This document shows, in pieces, positions 1 to 9,112 of a stretch of DNA of 64,000 nt; position 1 is the stretch's first letter; each line of letters starts with the position of its first letter. Origin of the DNA: Clostridia bacterium (GTDB taxonomy: Bacteria; Bacillota; Clostridia; CAKSNL01; HGM11501). The notes beneath the pieces are model-generated. The model was not told where the DNA came from. It saw nothing but the letters and a program-made list of their open reading frames with translations, and made no database searches. Location: the NCBI GenBank assembly GCA_045545475.1, contig JAZQAZ010000044.1:1-64000 (forward strand), given 5' to 3'. The translations under genes were made by a program, and so were the position numbers.

Positions 1-7
1 ACAGGTT

Positions 8-107
8 TGTCAAGTACTTTTTTTAATTTTTTCAAATTATTTTTAAGAGGTACTTGCCGCTCACTTGCAACAGATGCTATTTTAACACACCCGCCATTAT
101 TTGTCAA
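8..107 (-). promoter_or_regulatory. Tandem sigmaA promoters firing leftward out of the window (rrn P1/P2-like)
   Basis: Minus strand TTGACA (107-102), 17 nt spacer, TGn-TAAAAT (84-79); second TTGACA at 13-8 preceded by A-tracts (UP-element-like). Confidence 0.7.
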
Positions 108-132
108 CACTTTTTTCGACGAATTATTCTAC

Positions 133-162
133 AAAACGCCGTGGGATTTTCCCGCGGCGTTT
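133..162 (-). terminator. Intrinsic terminator after Gx transporter gene
   Basis: aaaacgccgtggga-ttt-tcccgcggcgttt inverted repeat. Confidence 0.6.
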
Positions 163-184
163 GTGCATTTTTATATATGGTGGG

Positions 185-697
185 TTATGACCTTCCTATA
201 TGCCTCGTTCTTTCTATTATTATACCGCTTATCACACCGGTTATTGTCCCCGTTATCACCGATGATATTCCAAGAACGCTAAGATAATATACAAAAGAAA
301 AGCTTCCGGATAGAATAAACAACGCAACGAGCTGCCCTATATTATGAAACAGTGCTCCCGCAATGCTGATTCCAACGGTTCCGAAAAACTCCTTCTTTTT
401 CAGCAACGCCATTATAATAAATGAAAGTACCGCACCTGCCACTCCGTAAACTGTTCCACCTGCTCCCCAAAACAGAATACCACATACTATCGATTTAATT
501 ACAGATACACCTAACGCACTTTTATATCCGAGTCTGTAAAGTGCCAGAATAACACATATATTCGAAAGGCCTATCTTTACGCCGGGAAAACTTACAGGAA
601 GCGGAATCATTTGTTCAAGATAACCCATAACGATAGCAAGAGATGAAAGCACTCCTACATATACAAGCTTTCTCATTCTTTCTTTACTCTGCATCAT
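185..697 (-). CDS. Gx transporter family / heptaprenyl diphosphate synthase component I-like membrane protein
   Basis: Hydrophobic; motifs LE..IPLP..PGVKIGLSNI and SIAGALFHNIGQL; follows a NusG-II gene as is typical; ATG near 697/694 after RBS. Confidence 0.8.
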   Translation of the reverse strand: MMQSKERMRKLVYVGVLSSLAIVMGYLEQMIPLPVSFPGVKIGLSNICVILALYRLGYKSALGVSVIKSIVCGILFWGAGGTVYGVAGAVLSFIIMALLKKKEFFGTVGISIAGALFHNIGQLVALFILSGSFSFVYYLSVLGISSVITGTITGVISGIIIERTRHIGRS

Positions 698-1022
698 TTT
701 CACCGCCTTTTACTTTTACAATCACACGGTTGGGCATGCAAACAATATCTTCCCCATCTTTTGATACAGCACCTTTCTTAACGCAAATCTGATCGGGACA
801 CGCAGCATAGCTCATGAACGCTTCATTATTAATAATAGTAAGAATATTATTTTCACCTATATTCACTGTCTGTTCCTTCGCTGTAAGCACATAGCTCCCA
901 AACTGTTTACCGTCAATGCTTACGGTAACATACGTTCCTTCTTCATGATTTTGAGTTAAAACAAAAAGTATCCCAAATATCAAAAGCAACACTACAGCGA
1001 AAATATAATCCTTTTTCTTCAT
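684..1022 (-). CDS. NusG domain II-containing protein
   Basis: MKKKD N-terminal TM anchor; CPDQICVKKG and IVCMPNRV motifs. Confidence 0.85.
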   Translation of the reverse strand: MKKKDYIFAVVLLLIFGILFVLTQNHEEGTYVTVSIDGKQFGSYVLTAKEQTVNIGENNILTIINNEAFMSYAACPDQICVKKGAVSKDGEDIVCMPNRVIVKVKGGENDAE

Positions 1023-1034
1023 TTCATTCTTCCT

Positions 1035-1856
1035 TTAACCATGCTCTCTCACCAGATACGACTTCGGGGAGAGACCTGTATACTTTTTGAATATTCTGCA
1101 AAAATACGCCTTGTCGGAAAATCCCAGATAGTCCGACACTTCCCCTACATTCATATCACCGGACTGAAGCAATAGTTTAGCGTGCTCCACCTTTGCATTT
1201 ATCTGATAATTTATAGGCGAAACCCCGGAATATTTTTTAAATAAACTTCGGAAATGACTTGGACTCACATGACACATATCGGCAATTTCAGCAATGGACT
1301 TTTCCTGAATGATATCGTTTTCCATATAGACAATTCCTTCAGCAATGGATGAAAACTCACTTTTATATATGTCTCTTATTTTATGTTCATAGCTCAATGA
1401 TGATATGAGTTTGTAGATAACAGCCTTAGCTTCCGCAATACAGGGATTTGCCGACTTGAATATATCAGCAGCCTCAAAAAAGCAATCCGCTTCTTTTCCT
1501 TTTATATTCTCTATTGCCATTATGCTATCAGAAAGAACAAAACACTCACCTTCTTCATCAAAGGTGTTAAATTCAATAAGATAAGTCGAAACACCTTCTC
1601 GTGTTTCTTTTTCAAAAACCGATGAATATACCGCACCCCTCGGTATATATATAACATCGCCCTCTTTCCCCCGTACCGTAGTCCCGTTATCTAAAGTATA
1701 TTCTACTCCGCAGTTTTTAAGGTACAGAAAGGCCGCTGTAGGCCGCGGATTAGCGTGCCTGAACACATCCTTATCTTTCCAGTACTGACACATAGAGAAA
1801 ATATTTTTAAGATTGTAATCTGTACTATAAAGCTTATCAAATGCCACAACCTGCAT
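1035..1856 (-). CDS. AraC family transcriptional regulator
   Basis: C-terminal double HTH: IADMCHVSPSHFRSLFKK ... GFSDKAYFCRIFKKYTGLSP. Confidence 0.9.
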   Translation of the reverse strand: MQVVAFDKLYSTDYNLKNIFSMCQYWKDKDVFRHANPRPTAAFLYLKNCGVEYTLDNGTTVRGKEGDVIYIPRGAVYSSVFEKETREGVSTYLIEFNTFDEEGECFVLSDSIMAIENIKGKEADCFFEAADIFKSANPCIAEAKAVIYKLISSLSYEHKIRDIYKSEFSSIAEGIVYMENDIIQEKSIAEIADMCHVSPSHFRSLFKKYSGVSPINYQINAKVEHAKLLLQSGDMNVGEVSDYLGFSDKAYFCRIFKKYTGLSPKSYLVREHG

Positions 1857-1882
1857 TAATACCGCCTTCTTTCATAATTAAA

Positions 1883-1983
1883 ATTTTAGCACACCGGATA
1901 CATCATGTCAATATTTTTTTGGCGAAAAGTGCAATTTTCCTCGCGGTTTATCCATTGATTTATGCTATTTAGTGGTGTAAAAT
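1883..1983. promoter_or_regulatory. Back-to-back sigmaA promoters for araC (-) and thuA (+)
   Basis: Minus TTGACA(1911-1906)-17-TAAAAT(1888-1883); plus TTGATT(1955-1960)-17-TAAAAT(1978-1983). Confidence 0.6.
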
Positions 1984-2013
1984 ACAATTAAGAAATCAGA
2001 AAGGAATGATTTT

Positions 2014-2784
2014 ATGCTAAACGTAACTATCTGGAACGAATACATCCACGAAAAAGAAAGCGAAAAAGTAGCTAGGGTTTATCCGGAAGGTATACACGGT
2101 GCCATTGCCGAAATGCTCGGAAAGTGCGGAGAATACAATATAAGAACCGCAACGCTGGATATGGAAGAATGTGGTCTTACAGACGAAGTGCTTAATTCCA
2201 CCGACGTTTTAATCTGGTGGGGACACATGAAACACTCCGCTGTTCCTGACGAAATAGCCGAAAAGGTAAGACAGAGAGTTCTTGCCGGAATGGGATTTAT
2301 TCCACTCCACTCCGCCCATCTTTCAAAACCTTTCGTAAAACTCATGGGTACACTATGCAGAAGTAAATGGAGGGAGAACGACGAAAAGGAAAGAATTTGG
2401 GTAATCGAACCATCCCACCCCATATGCAGAAATCTTCCCGAATACATTGAACTTCCCATGGAAGAGACCTATGGCGAACGCTTTGAAATTCCCGCTCCCG
2501 ACGAACTTATTTTTATAAGTTGGTTTTCAGGTGGTGAAGTTTTCAGAAGCGGTTGCTGCTACAAGAGAGGCCTTGGCAAGATTTTCTATTTCCGCCCCGG
2601 TCACGAGGAATACCCCACCTTCTACAGAGAAGATATTACCCAGATTTTGAAAAATGCTATTGAATGGGCAAAGCCTTCCGAAGGCCCCATCCCCACTTTG
2701 GGACACTTTGAAGCTCTTGAAAATGTCAAGGATAAATTTGAAGGCCAGGACGAAAGTCTCAAAAAACACACATATATCAAATAA
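2014..2784 (+). CDS. thuA: Trehalose utilization protein ThuA family
   Basis: VTIWNE, VYPEGIHG, DVLIWWGH, LHSAHLSK, GGEVFRSG and FRPGHE motifs. Confidence 0.9.
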   Translation: MLNVTIWNEYIHEKESEKVARVYPEGIHGAIAEMLGKCGEYNIRTATLDMEECGLTDEVLNSTDVLIWWGHMKHSAVPDEIAEKVRQRVLAGMGFIPLHSAHLSKPFVKLMGTLCRSKWRENDEKERIWVIEPSHPICRNLPEYIELPMEETYGERFEIPAPDELIFISWFSGGEVFRSGCCYKRGLGKIFYFRPGHEEYPTFYREDITQILKNAIEWAKPSEGPIPTLGHFEALENVKDKFEGQDESLKKHTYIK

Positions 2785-2795
2785 GGAGAATAATT

Positions 2796-3842
2796 ATGGT
2801 AAGAATAGGCATTGTAGGCGTTGGCGGAATTACCAACGGACGTCATATTCCCGAAATCCAAAAGGCATCAGGCGGCCAAATTACTGCCATCTGCGATATA
2901 AACGAAAAGGCATTAAAAGCTACCGGTGATAAGCTTGGCATTCCCGAACATTTAAGATTCACAGACTACCGGGACTTAATTGCATCAGATGAAGTTGACG
3001 CAGTTGAAATCTGTACCCCAAACCATCTGCACGTTCCGATTGCAGTAGATGTAGTAAAAGCCGGCAAACCGGTAAATGTAGAAAAGCCACTTTCTGTAAA
3101 TCTTGATAAAGCGCAGCCATTAAAGAAAGCTTTGGAGGAAAATCCGGTTCCCAACATGATGTGCTTTACATACCGTTTTATGCCTGCTGTAAGATACGCC
3201 AAGGAAATAATGAAAAAAGGTTTGCTTGGCGACATAATAAGTGTAAATGTTGAATACCTTAAATCAAGTGCATTTATAGAAGGCAGACGTCTTGAGTGGC
3301 GTTTTATAAAGGAATATGCAGGAACAGGAGTGCTTGGCGATTTAGGCGTTCACTTAATAGATATGGCAGAGTTTCTGATTGGAGATATGAAGAAAGTTTC
3401 TGCAAAAACAGGAATCATTGTAAAGGAAAGAAAAAAACTCGACTCTGAGGAATACGCTCCTGTTGAGACAGATGACTACTGCAACTTCCTTGCAGAATTT
3501 GAAAACGGTGCTGCAGGAGTATTCACCGTAACTCGCTGTGCTCTCGGCCACGGCAACACCATTAAATATGATATCTACGGCACAGAAGGCGTAATTTCCT
3601 TTAATTTAAACAACCCCGACATTTTAAATGTCTGTATTGGAGATATTGACCGTGAATGTGAAAGCATGCATACAGTTTCCGTTCCTGCCAAGTACAGAAT
3701 AACCCAGGAGCAGATGTTTATAAACATGGTGGAAGGAAAAGAATGCCCCTACCTTCCCACAGTAAAAGATGGTCTCAGAAGCCAGAAGATATTAGATTCT
3801 CTTCTTAAATCTTCGGAAGAAAGCCGCTGGATTGAATTATAA
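2796..3842 (+). CDS. Gfo/Idh/MocA family NAD(P)-dependent oxidoreductase
   Basis: GIVGVGG Rossmann fold, CTPNHLH, EKP, GVLGDLGVHLID. Confidence 0.9.
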   Translation: MVRIGIVGVGGITNGRHIPEIQKASGGQITAICDINEKALKATGDKLGIPEHLRFTDYRDLIASDEVDAVEICTPNHLHVPIAVDVVKAGKPVNVEKPLSVNLDKAQPLKKALEENPVPNMMCFTYRFMPAVRYAKEIMKKGLLGDIISVNVEYLKSSAFIEGRRLEWRFIKEYAGTGVLGDLGVHLIDMAEFLIGDMKKVSAKTGIIVKERKKLDSEEYAPVETDDYCNFLAEFENGAAGVFTVTRCALGHGNTIKYDIYGTEGVISFNLNNPDILNVCIGDIDRECESMHTVSVPAKYRITQEQMFINMVEGKECPYLPTVKDGLRSQKILDSLLKSSEESRWIEL

Positions 3843-3845
3843 AAC

Positions 3846-3879
3846 AAAAAAATCGGACTGCTCAGCAATCCGATTTTTT
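3846..3879. terminator. Bidirectional intrinsic terminator between convergent genes
   Basis: A-tract/atcgga...tccgat/T-tract inverted repeat. Confidence 0.7.
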
Positions 3880-3887
3880 ATTTGCTC

Positions 3888-5282
3888 TTAATATTCTGCG
3901 TTTCCTACTGTTCTGGGATAAGGAATTACGTCACGGATATTGGAAACACCGGTTAAGTACATAATAATTCGTTCAAAACCGAGGCCATAGCCTGCATGCT
4001 TTGTTCCGCCATAACGACGAAGATTTACATACCACCAGTAATCTTCTTCCTTAAGACCGAGTTCTGCCATTCTCTCTAAAAGAATGTCGATCCTCTCTTC
4101 TCTCTGGCTTCCGCCGATGATCTCACCTACGCCGGGAACCAACATATCCATAGCAGCAACTGTCTTTCCGTCATCGTTAAGACGCATATAGAAGGATTTT
4201 ATTTCCTTCGGATAATCGATAACGAATACAGGGCTCTTGAAAATCTGCTCTGTAAGATATCTCTCGTGCTCTGTCTGGAGGTCGCATCCCCACTCAACGG
4301 GATAGCTGAACTTCTCACCGCTCTTTTTAAGAAGCTCAACAGCCTCCGTATAGGTAACCTTCTTATATGTGCTCTTAGCAAGGTCATTGAGTCTGTCTAA
4401 CAGAGTCTTATCAACAAAGCTGTTGAAAAATTCAAGCTCCTGCTTACAGTTTGTTAAAACGTGCTTGATTATATACTGAATCATATCCCATGCAAGTTGC
4501 ATATTGTCATCAAGATCGGCAAAAGCAATTTCGGGTTCTATCATCCAGAACTCAGCAGCGTGACGTGCTGTGTTGGAATTTTCAGAACGGAACGTGGGGC
4601 CGAAGGTATAAATCTTACCGTATGCAAGAGCATATGTTTCGCCTTCAAGCTGGCCGGAAACCGTAAGGTTTGTGCTTCTTCCGAAGAAATCCTTTGACCA
4701 GTCGATTTTTCCGTCTTCAGTTTTCGGAGGATTTTCCATATCCATGGTTGTTACTCTGAACATTTCACCTGCTCCCTCACAGTCAGAGCCTGTAATAAGC
4801 GGTGTATGAACATATACAAATCCTCTTTCATGGAAGAAAGAATGAATTGCATAAGCAACCTCACTTCTTACTCTGAATACTGCAGAGAACAAATTCGTTC
4901 TGGGGCGAAGATATGCCTGTTCTCTTAAAAACTCAAGGCTGTGTCTCTTGTTCTGAATGGGATAATCGGGTGTGGAAAGTCCTTCTACCACAACCTCGGT
5001 TGCCTTAAGTTCAAAAGGCTGTTTCATCTCAGGGGTAAGTGCAACAATGCCTTTTACAACAACAGAAGCACCGATATTAAGTGCTGCGATTTCATCGTAA
5101 TTTGCAATTTTCTGTCTTTCAAAAACCACCTGTATACTTTTAAAACAGCTGCCGTCGTTAAGATCGATAAATCCGAATTCCTTACTGTCTCGGATATTTC
5201 TTATCCAACCGCCTATTACTACTTCCTTTCCTGCGAAAGAAGCAGTGTCTTCATATATGCTTCTTACAAAATCTCTTTTCAT
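3888..5282 (-). CDS. asnS: Asparagine--tRNA ligase
   Basis: OB anticodon domain, [43 protein letters not shown]. Confidence 0.97.
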   Translation of the reverse strand: MKRDFVRSIYEDTASFAGKEVVIGGWIRNIRDSKEFGFIDLNDGSCFKSIQVVFERQKIANYDEIAALNIGASVVVKGIVALTPEMKQPFELKATEVVVEGLSTPDYPIQNKRHSLEFLREQAYLRPRTNLFSAVFRVRSEVAYAIHSFFHERGFVYVHTPLITGSDCEGAGEMFRVTTMDMENPPKTEDGKIDWSKDFFGRSTNLTVSGQLEGETYALAYGKIYTFGPTFRSENSNTARHAAEFWMIEPEIAFADLDDNMQLAWDMIQYIIKHVLTNCKQELEFFNSFVDKTLLDRLNDLAKSTYKKVTYTEAVELLKKSGEKFSYPVEWGCDLQTEHERYLTEQIFKSPVFVIDYPKEIKSFYMRLNDDGKTVAAMDMLVPGVGEIIGGSQREERIDILLERMAELGLKEEDYWWYVNLRRYGGTKHAGYGLGFERIIMYLTGVSNIRDVIPYPRTVGNAEY

Positions 5283-5354
5283 TTATGTCACATTCCTTTC
5301 ATTATCCTTTACATGCCGAAGCTATCCGAACAAAAAATCCGGATAGCCTAAGTT

Positions 5355-6068
5355 TTATTTACTCTTACCTAAGTATGCTTCCTTTATGCTTTCATCAGCT
5401 AAAAGCTCTGCACCTGTGCCTACTTTTGTTATCATACCTGTTTCAAGCACGTAAGCAAAGTCAGCAACCTGAAGTGCCATATTTGCATTCTGCTCAATTA
5501 AAAGAACTGTTATTCCCTCTTTATTTATTGCTTTGATAATTTCAAATATACTCTGCACAACAAGCGGTGCAAGACCGAGTGAAGGTTCGTCCATCATAAT
5601 AACCTTAGGACGGCTCATAAGTGCACGACCAACCGCAAGCATCTGCTGTTCACCGCCCGAAAGCGTTCCGCCTGCCTGCCATTCTCTCTCCTTAAGACGG
5701 GGAAAAAGGCTGTACACATATTCAAAATCAGAATCAAGCTTGTCTTTTCTCAAGTAAGCACCGATTTTTAAGTTTTCTTTTACTGTAAGATCAGGGAAAA
5801 TTCTTCTTCCCTCTGGTACAAGTGTGATGTTCTTTGCAACTATATCCGTAGGATTTTTTCCGGTAATATCCTCACCCATAAAGGTAATTTTGCCTTCCTT
5901 AGGCTTAACAAGACCTGCAATACTTTTAAGGGTTGTGCTTTTTCCTGCACCGTTGGCACCGATTAAAGTAATGATTTTACCTTCGGGAACATCAATATCA
6001 ATTCCCTTTACGGCTTCAATTCCTCCGTAGTTAACCTTAAGACCTTCAATTTTAAGGAAATCACTCAT
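5355..6068 (-). CDS. livF: Branched-chain amino acid ABC transporter ATP-binding protein
   Basis: GANGAGKST, PEGRRIFP, LSGGEQQMLA, DEPSLGLAP. Confidence 0.93.
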   Translation of the reverse strand: MSDFLKIEGLKVNYGGIEAVKGIDIDVPEGKIITLIGANGAGKSTTLKSIAGLVKPKEGKITFMGEDITGKNPTDIVAKNITLVPEGRRIFPDLTVKENLKIGAYLRKDKLDSDFEYVYSLFPRLKEREWQAGGTLSGGEQQMLAVGRALMSRPKVIMMDEPSLGLAPLVVQSIFEIIKAINKEGITVLLIEQNANMALQVADFAYVLETGMITKVGTGAELLADESIKEAYLGKSK

Positions 6069-6903
6069 CGTCGCTCACCCCCAGATATGCATCAATTACT
6101 CTTTCGTTTTTCTGTACCTCAGAAGGTGTACCTTCTGCGATAAGCTTACCGAAATCGATAACATAAATTCTGTCGGAAATATCCATAACCAGATTCATAT
6201 GATGCTCTATAAGTAAAATAGTAAGATTGTACTTGTCTCTTATTTCTCCGATAAATGCGGTAAGCTCCTCTGTTTCCTGAGGATTCATACCTGCCGCAGG
6301 CTCATCAAGAAGAAGTAACTTAGGCTCTGTTGCAAGAGCCCTCGCAATCTCAAGTCTTCTCTGAAGACCGTAAGGAAGGCTTGTAGCAAGTTCATCACGG
6401 AATTCCCAGAGATTCTGCTCCTTAAGAAGAGCTTCTGTCTCTGCTCGCATTCTGGCTTCTTCCTTTGCAGAGAAGCGGAAGGTTGCAGAAAACACATTAT
6501 GCTTTGCTCTCATATGTTTAGCTGTTAAAACATTTTCAAAAACCGTCATACTCTTCCAGAGACGAATATTCTGGAACGTTCTTGCAATACCCAGCTTTGT
6601 TATCTTATCGGGAGTTTTAACTATTTTATTGTTATACTTTCCCCTATTTTCGCCGGCGTAAAGCTTTTTCATTTTGCCTCTCGGCTTATTTTCAAGCATT
6701 ATATCGCCGAAGAACTCAACGCTTCCGTTAGTTGCTTCGTAAACGCCGGTGATAACGTTGAATACCGTTGTCTTTCCGGCACCATTAGGACCTATTAAAG
6801 AAACAATTTCATTTTCATTTACATTAAGAGAGAGGTTGTTTACCGCAACAACGCCGCCGAACTGCATTGTTATGTCGTTAAGCTTTAATACCGAATTACT
6901 CAT
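6061..6903 (-). CDS. livG: Branched-chain amino acid ABC transporter ATP-binding protein
   Basis: GPNGAGKTT, GIARTFQNIRL, LPYG.QRRLEIARAL, DEPAAGMN. Confidence 0.93.
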   Translation of the reverse strand: MSNSVLKLNDITMQFGGVVAVNNLSLNVNENEIVSLIGPNGAGKTTVFNVITGVYEATNGSVEFFGDIMLENKPRGKMKKLYAGENRGKYNNKIVKTPDKITKLGIARTFQNIRLWKSMTVFENVLTAKHMRAKHNVFSATFRFSAKEEARMRAETEALLKEQNLWEFRDELATSLPYGLQRRLEIARALATEPKLLLLDEPAAGMNPQETEELTAFIGEIRDKYNLTILLIEHHMNLVMDISDRIYVIDFGKLIAEGTPSEVQKNERVIDAYLGVSDDE

Positions 6904-8075
6904 TTCACACTCTCCCCCTTCTTTGCTTTCTTTTTGAATAAATCAGGAAGCTCTTTAGAACCCATGATACCCTGTCTGAAGAAGAGCACCACGATCATAA
7001 TGATGATCGAGAATACCACCATACGGAATCCGTTCTTAAGAAGCGGAACCTTGAATCCTCCGATAAAGGTTTCGTTGTCAAGAAATCTTAACAACCATTC
7101 ACTGCAAGCCACAAACAGGAAAGAAGATATACAGCTTCCGGATACAGACCCGATACCGCCGATTACAACGATAAGAAGGATTTCATAAGTCATCGCCGAT
7201 GTGAACACTCTTGCCTGTGCATTGTTTGTGAACATTGCAAAAAGTGCACCACCAACGCCTGCGAAGAAAGAGGATATGCAGAAGGAAAGCATCTTGTGCT
7301 TTGCAAGATTGATACCCATAGCCTCTGCCGCAATTTCGTCATCTCTTATTGCCTTAAAACTTCTTCCGTAAGAGGAATTTATAAGAAGAATAATTATCGC
7401 AATACAAATCATTGCAACAAGCAACGGAACAAAGCTTGATAAGTAAAATACAACCTTTCCGCCGGCTCTCACATTGAAGTTGGAGAATGTGGGAAAGCTC
7501 TTTATCATATTGGCACCATTTGTAACCGGACCAAGGGTCTGCCACTGGAATACTGCTTTTATAATTTCCGCAAAACCAAGAGTTGCAATGGCAAGATAGT
7601 CACTCTTAAGACGTAATACGGGAAGACCGATTAAGTATGCAAAGAGTGCTGCCACGCATCCGGCAAGGATTATTGCCACAAGAACTCCTAAAATGAGGCT
7701 CACTACCCCACCGAAACCTTCGTTTCCGAAAATGTTACCAAACAATTCCTGGAAGGAAAAGTTTATTGCAGAGCCACCGTAAAGATAATATACGGTATCT
7801 CTCATTCCTGTGGGCACGGTAAATATTGCATAGGTGTATGCACCAAGAAGCATAAATCCGGCCTGACCAAGGGAGAAAAGACCGGTAAAACCGTTAAGAA
7901 GGTTCATAGATACCGCCACAAGGGAATATACAGCACCTTTTTTAAGAACTGTGAAAAGAATATGTGTGGGAGGAATAATTTTGGAATTTTCCAGAAATAC
8001 AACTACCGCAAGAAGCACAAAGCAGAAGATAAGTGCGGCCATTGAATTTTTGTTTACTTTATTTGTCTTTGTCAT
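6900..8075 (-). CDS. livM: Branched-chain amino acid ABC transporter permease
   Basis: GLFSLGQAGF, LRLKSDYLAIATLGFAEI, AIRDDEIAAEAMGI. Confidence 0.92.
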   Translation of the reverse strand: MTKTNKVNKNSMAALIFCFVLLAVVVFLENSKIIPPTHILFTVLKKGAVYSLVAVSMNLLNGFTGLFSLGQAGFMLLGAYTYAIFTVPTGMRDTVYYLYGGSAINFSFQELFGNIFGNEGFGGVVSLILGVLVAIILAGCVAALFAYLIGLPVLRLKSDYLAIATLGFAEIIKAVFQWQTLGPVTNGANMIKSFPTFSNFNVRAGGKVVFYLSSFVPLLVAMICIAIIILLINSSYGRSFKAIRDDEIAAEAMGINLAKHKMLSFCISSFFAGVGGALFAMFTNNAQARVFTSAMTYEILLIVVIGGIGSVSGSCISSFLFVACSEWLLRFLDNETFIGGFKVPLLKNGFRMVVFSIIIMIVVLFFRQGIMGSKELPDLFKKKAKKGESVK

Positions 8076-8087
8076 GTTGCCGCCTCC

Positions 8088-8972
8088 TCACACTTTATCT
8101 GTTGCCTTTTCACCGAACAAACCTGTAGGCTTAGCTATAAGAATGATGATGAGAAGTGCAAATGTAAATGCATCGACGAAGTTTGTTGCTCCTTCAAAGG
8201 GAAGTACCTTTATGATATTTTCGCAGATGCCGATAATAAACGCACCTATTACCGCACCCGGGATGGAGCCGATGCCGCCGAATACTGCAGCAACGAAGGC
8301 CTTAAGACCTGGCATTGCTCCCGCTGTGGGTGTTATGTAGGTATAGTTACTGAAGTAAAGGAAAGAACCTACCGCAGCAAGGAAAGAACCTATTACAAAA
8401 GTCATGGATATTACATTGTTAATCTTAATACCCATAAGCTGGCTGGTTTCAAAGTCTTTCGCCATGGCACGCATTGCCATACCAACCTTTGTGTGATTAA
8501 TTAAAAGCACAAGGCCGATTACAAGTAAAAGAACAAGGAAAGGCGTTATAACCGTTACCATACTTGTGCTTGCTCCCCCGATAGTAACCATTTTAGAAAG
8601 ACCGGGGATTGTGGGATAGTTCATGGGCTGACCGCCTGTTACATATGTAGCAACGTTCTGAATAAGATAGCTTACACCGATGGCAGAAATCATAACCGAC
8701 ATTCTGGGTGCAGTTCTTAAAGGTTTATAAGCTGCACGCTCAATCACAAAACCCAAAACGATAATCATTGCCAATACAATGGGAGCAGCCACGTACCATG
8801 GCATGCTTGCGGTCAGGAAAATCATAACAAGTCCCGAAACCATAAACACGTCACCGTGTGCAAAATTTATAAGTCTTAAAATACCGTATACCATTGTATA
8901 TCCAATAGCAATCAGTGCATACTGTCCGCCCACGGAAATACCGGATAACAGTGTAGATATCGCAAATTCCAC
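8088..8972 (-). CDS. livH: Branched-chain amino acid ABC transporter permease
   Basis: YALIAIGYTMVYGILRLINFAHGD, GLKAFVAAVFGGIG; GTG start after AGGAGG. Confidence 0.93.
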   Translation of the reverse strand: MEFAISTLLSGISVGGQYALIAIGYTMVYGILRLINFAHGDVFMVSGLVMIFLTASMPWYVAAPIVLAMIIVLGFVIERAAYKPLRTAPRMSVMISAIGVSYLIQNVATYVTGGQPMNYPTIPGLSKMVTIGGASTSMVTVITPFLVLLLVIGLVLLINHTKVGMAMRAMAKDFETSQLMGIKINNVISMTFVIGSFLAAVGSFLYFSNYTYITPTAGAMPGLKAFVAAVFGGIGSIPGAVIGAFIIGICENIIKVLPFEGATNFVDAFTFALLIIILIAKPTGLFGEKATDKV

Positions 8973-9056
8973 GAAAGTTCCTCCTTAAGTTAAGATAGAC
9001 AGCAAAGGCCGTCTCAAAAACGTTTTCTTAAAAAACCGCTTTTGACGCGGCCTTCC

Positions 9057-9099
9057 AAAAAAAGCCGTATGGCGGGGGTAAAAATCCCCCGCCGGCTTT
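9057..9099 (-). terminator. Intercistronic terminator/stabiliser after livK
   Basis: GC-rich stem ggcggggg/cccccgcc followed on the minus strand by a 7-T run. Confidence 0.6.
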
Positions 9100-9112
9100 A
9101 TTGATTTTTAAA

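Noticed and set aside
7-287. ORFs 7..282 and 54..287 (+)
   Set aside because: They overlap promoters, a terminator and the antisense of a real gene; no RBS or protein motif
5283-5354. T-box riboswitch before asnS
   Set aside because: The gap is only about 70 bp and holds just one hairpin (gctatccg/cggatagc); no T-box consensus
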